This document shows positions 60,951 through 61,049 of a DNA stretch of 61,049 nt, one piece after another (positions within the stretch are counted from its first letter, which is position 1; each line of letters begins with the position of its first letter). Source of the stretch: an uncultured Oscillibacter sp. (GTDB taxonomy: Bacteria; Bacillota; Clostridia; Oscillospirales; Oscillospiraceae); contig CAMHBH010000001.1 in NCBI GenBank assembly GCA_946183175.1, positions 1 through 61,049 of the forward strand. Reading direction: 5' to 3'. The position numbers and the translations under genes were made by a program. A model generated the notes under the pieces. That model searched no databases, had not been told where the DNA came from, and saw nothing but the letters and a program-made list of their open reading frames with translations.

Positions 60951-61049
60951 GCCCGGTTTCGGACTTTCGCCGGAATCCGCCGCCGTCCGCAACTTTTTCG
61001 ACCTGTGCGGTGAACATAGCGGCGTCAGATGAGACGAACTTGCCTGATT

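Overview
High-GC chromosomal window from a sporulating clostridial bacterium (Oscillospiraceae/Ruminococcaceae-like by gene content; inference). It starts with the end of a cobalamin operon (cobS, short cobU, cbiB, cobD, cbiP, cbiC), then a 6-repeat CRISPR array with unusually long spacers, its own promoter and terminator, and no cas genes in the window. Next come split B12-dependent methionine synthase genes, an SLH-GH25 autolysin, a MoxR-DUF58-transglutaminase trio, era, addBA, a putative sigma28-driven Ca-binding protein and a 9-gene Na+-type V/A-ATPase operon. The right half holds a decayed C5-MTase/DUF4928 cassette inserted in the ATPase terminator, an RHH/DUF697 pair, two hybrid histidine kinases, fliB, rubrerythrin, a cwlJ/gerQ-like pair, a small glycosylation cluster, T-box thrS, rsmA and uraA with a candidate leader-peptide attenuator. 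The most interesting signal is at the right edge: a Cys-rich, probably spore-coat gene lacks its 5' end and abuts, via an att-like site, a terminator and a decayed ftsK relic, suggesting a skin-like element that interrupts a sporulation gene. GATC is nearly absent and GTAC is over-represented. All family calls are from motif recognition; no searches were run.
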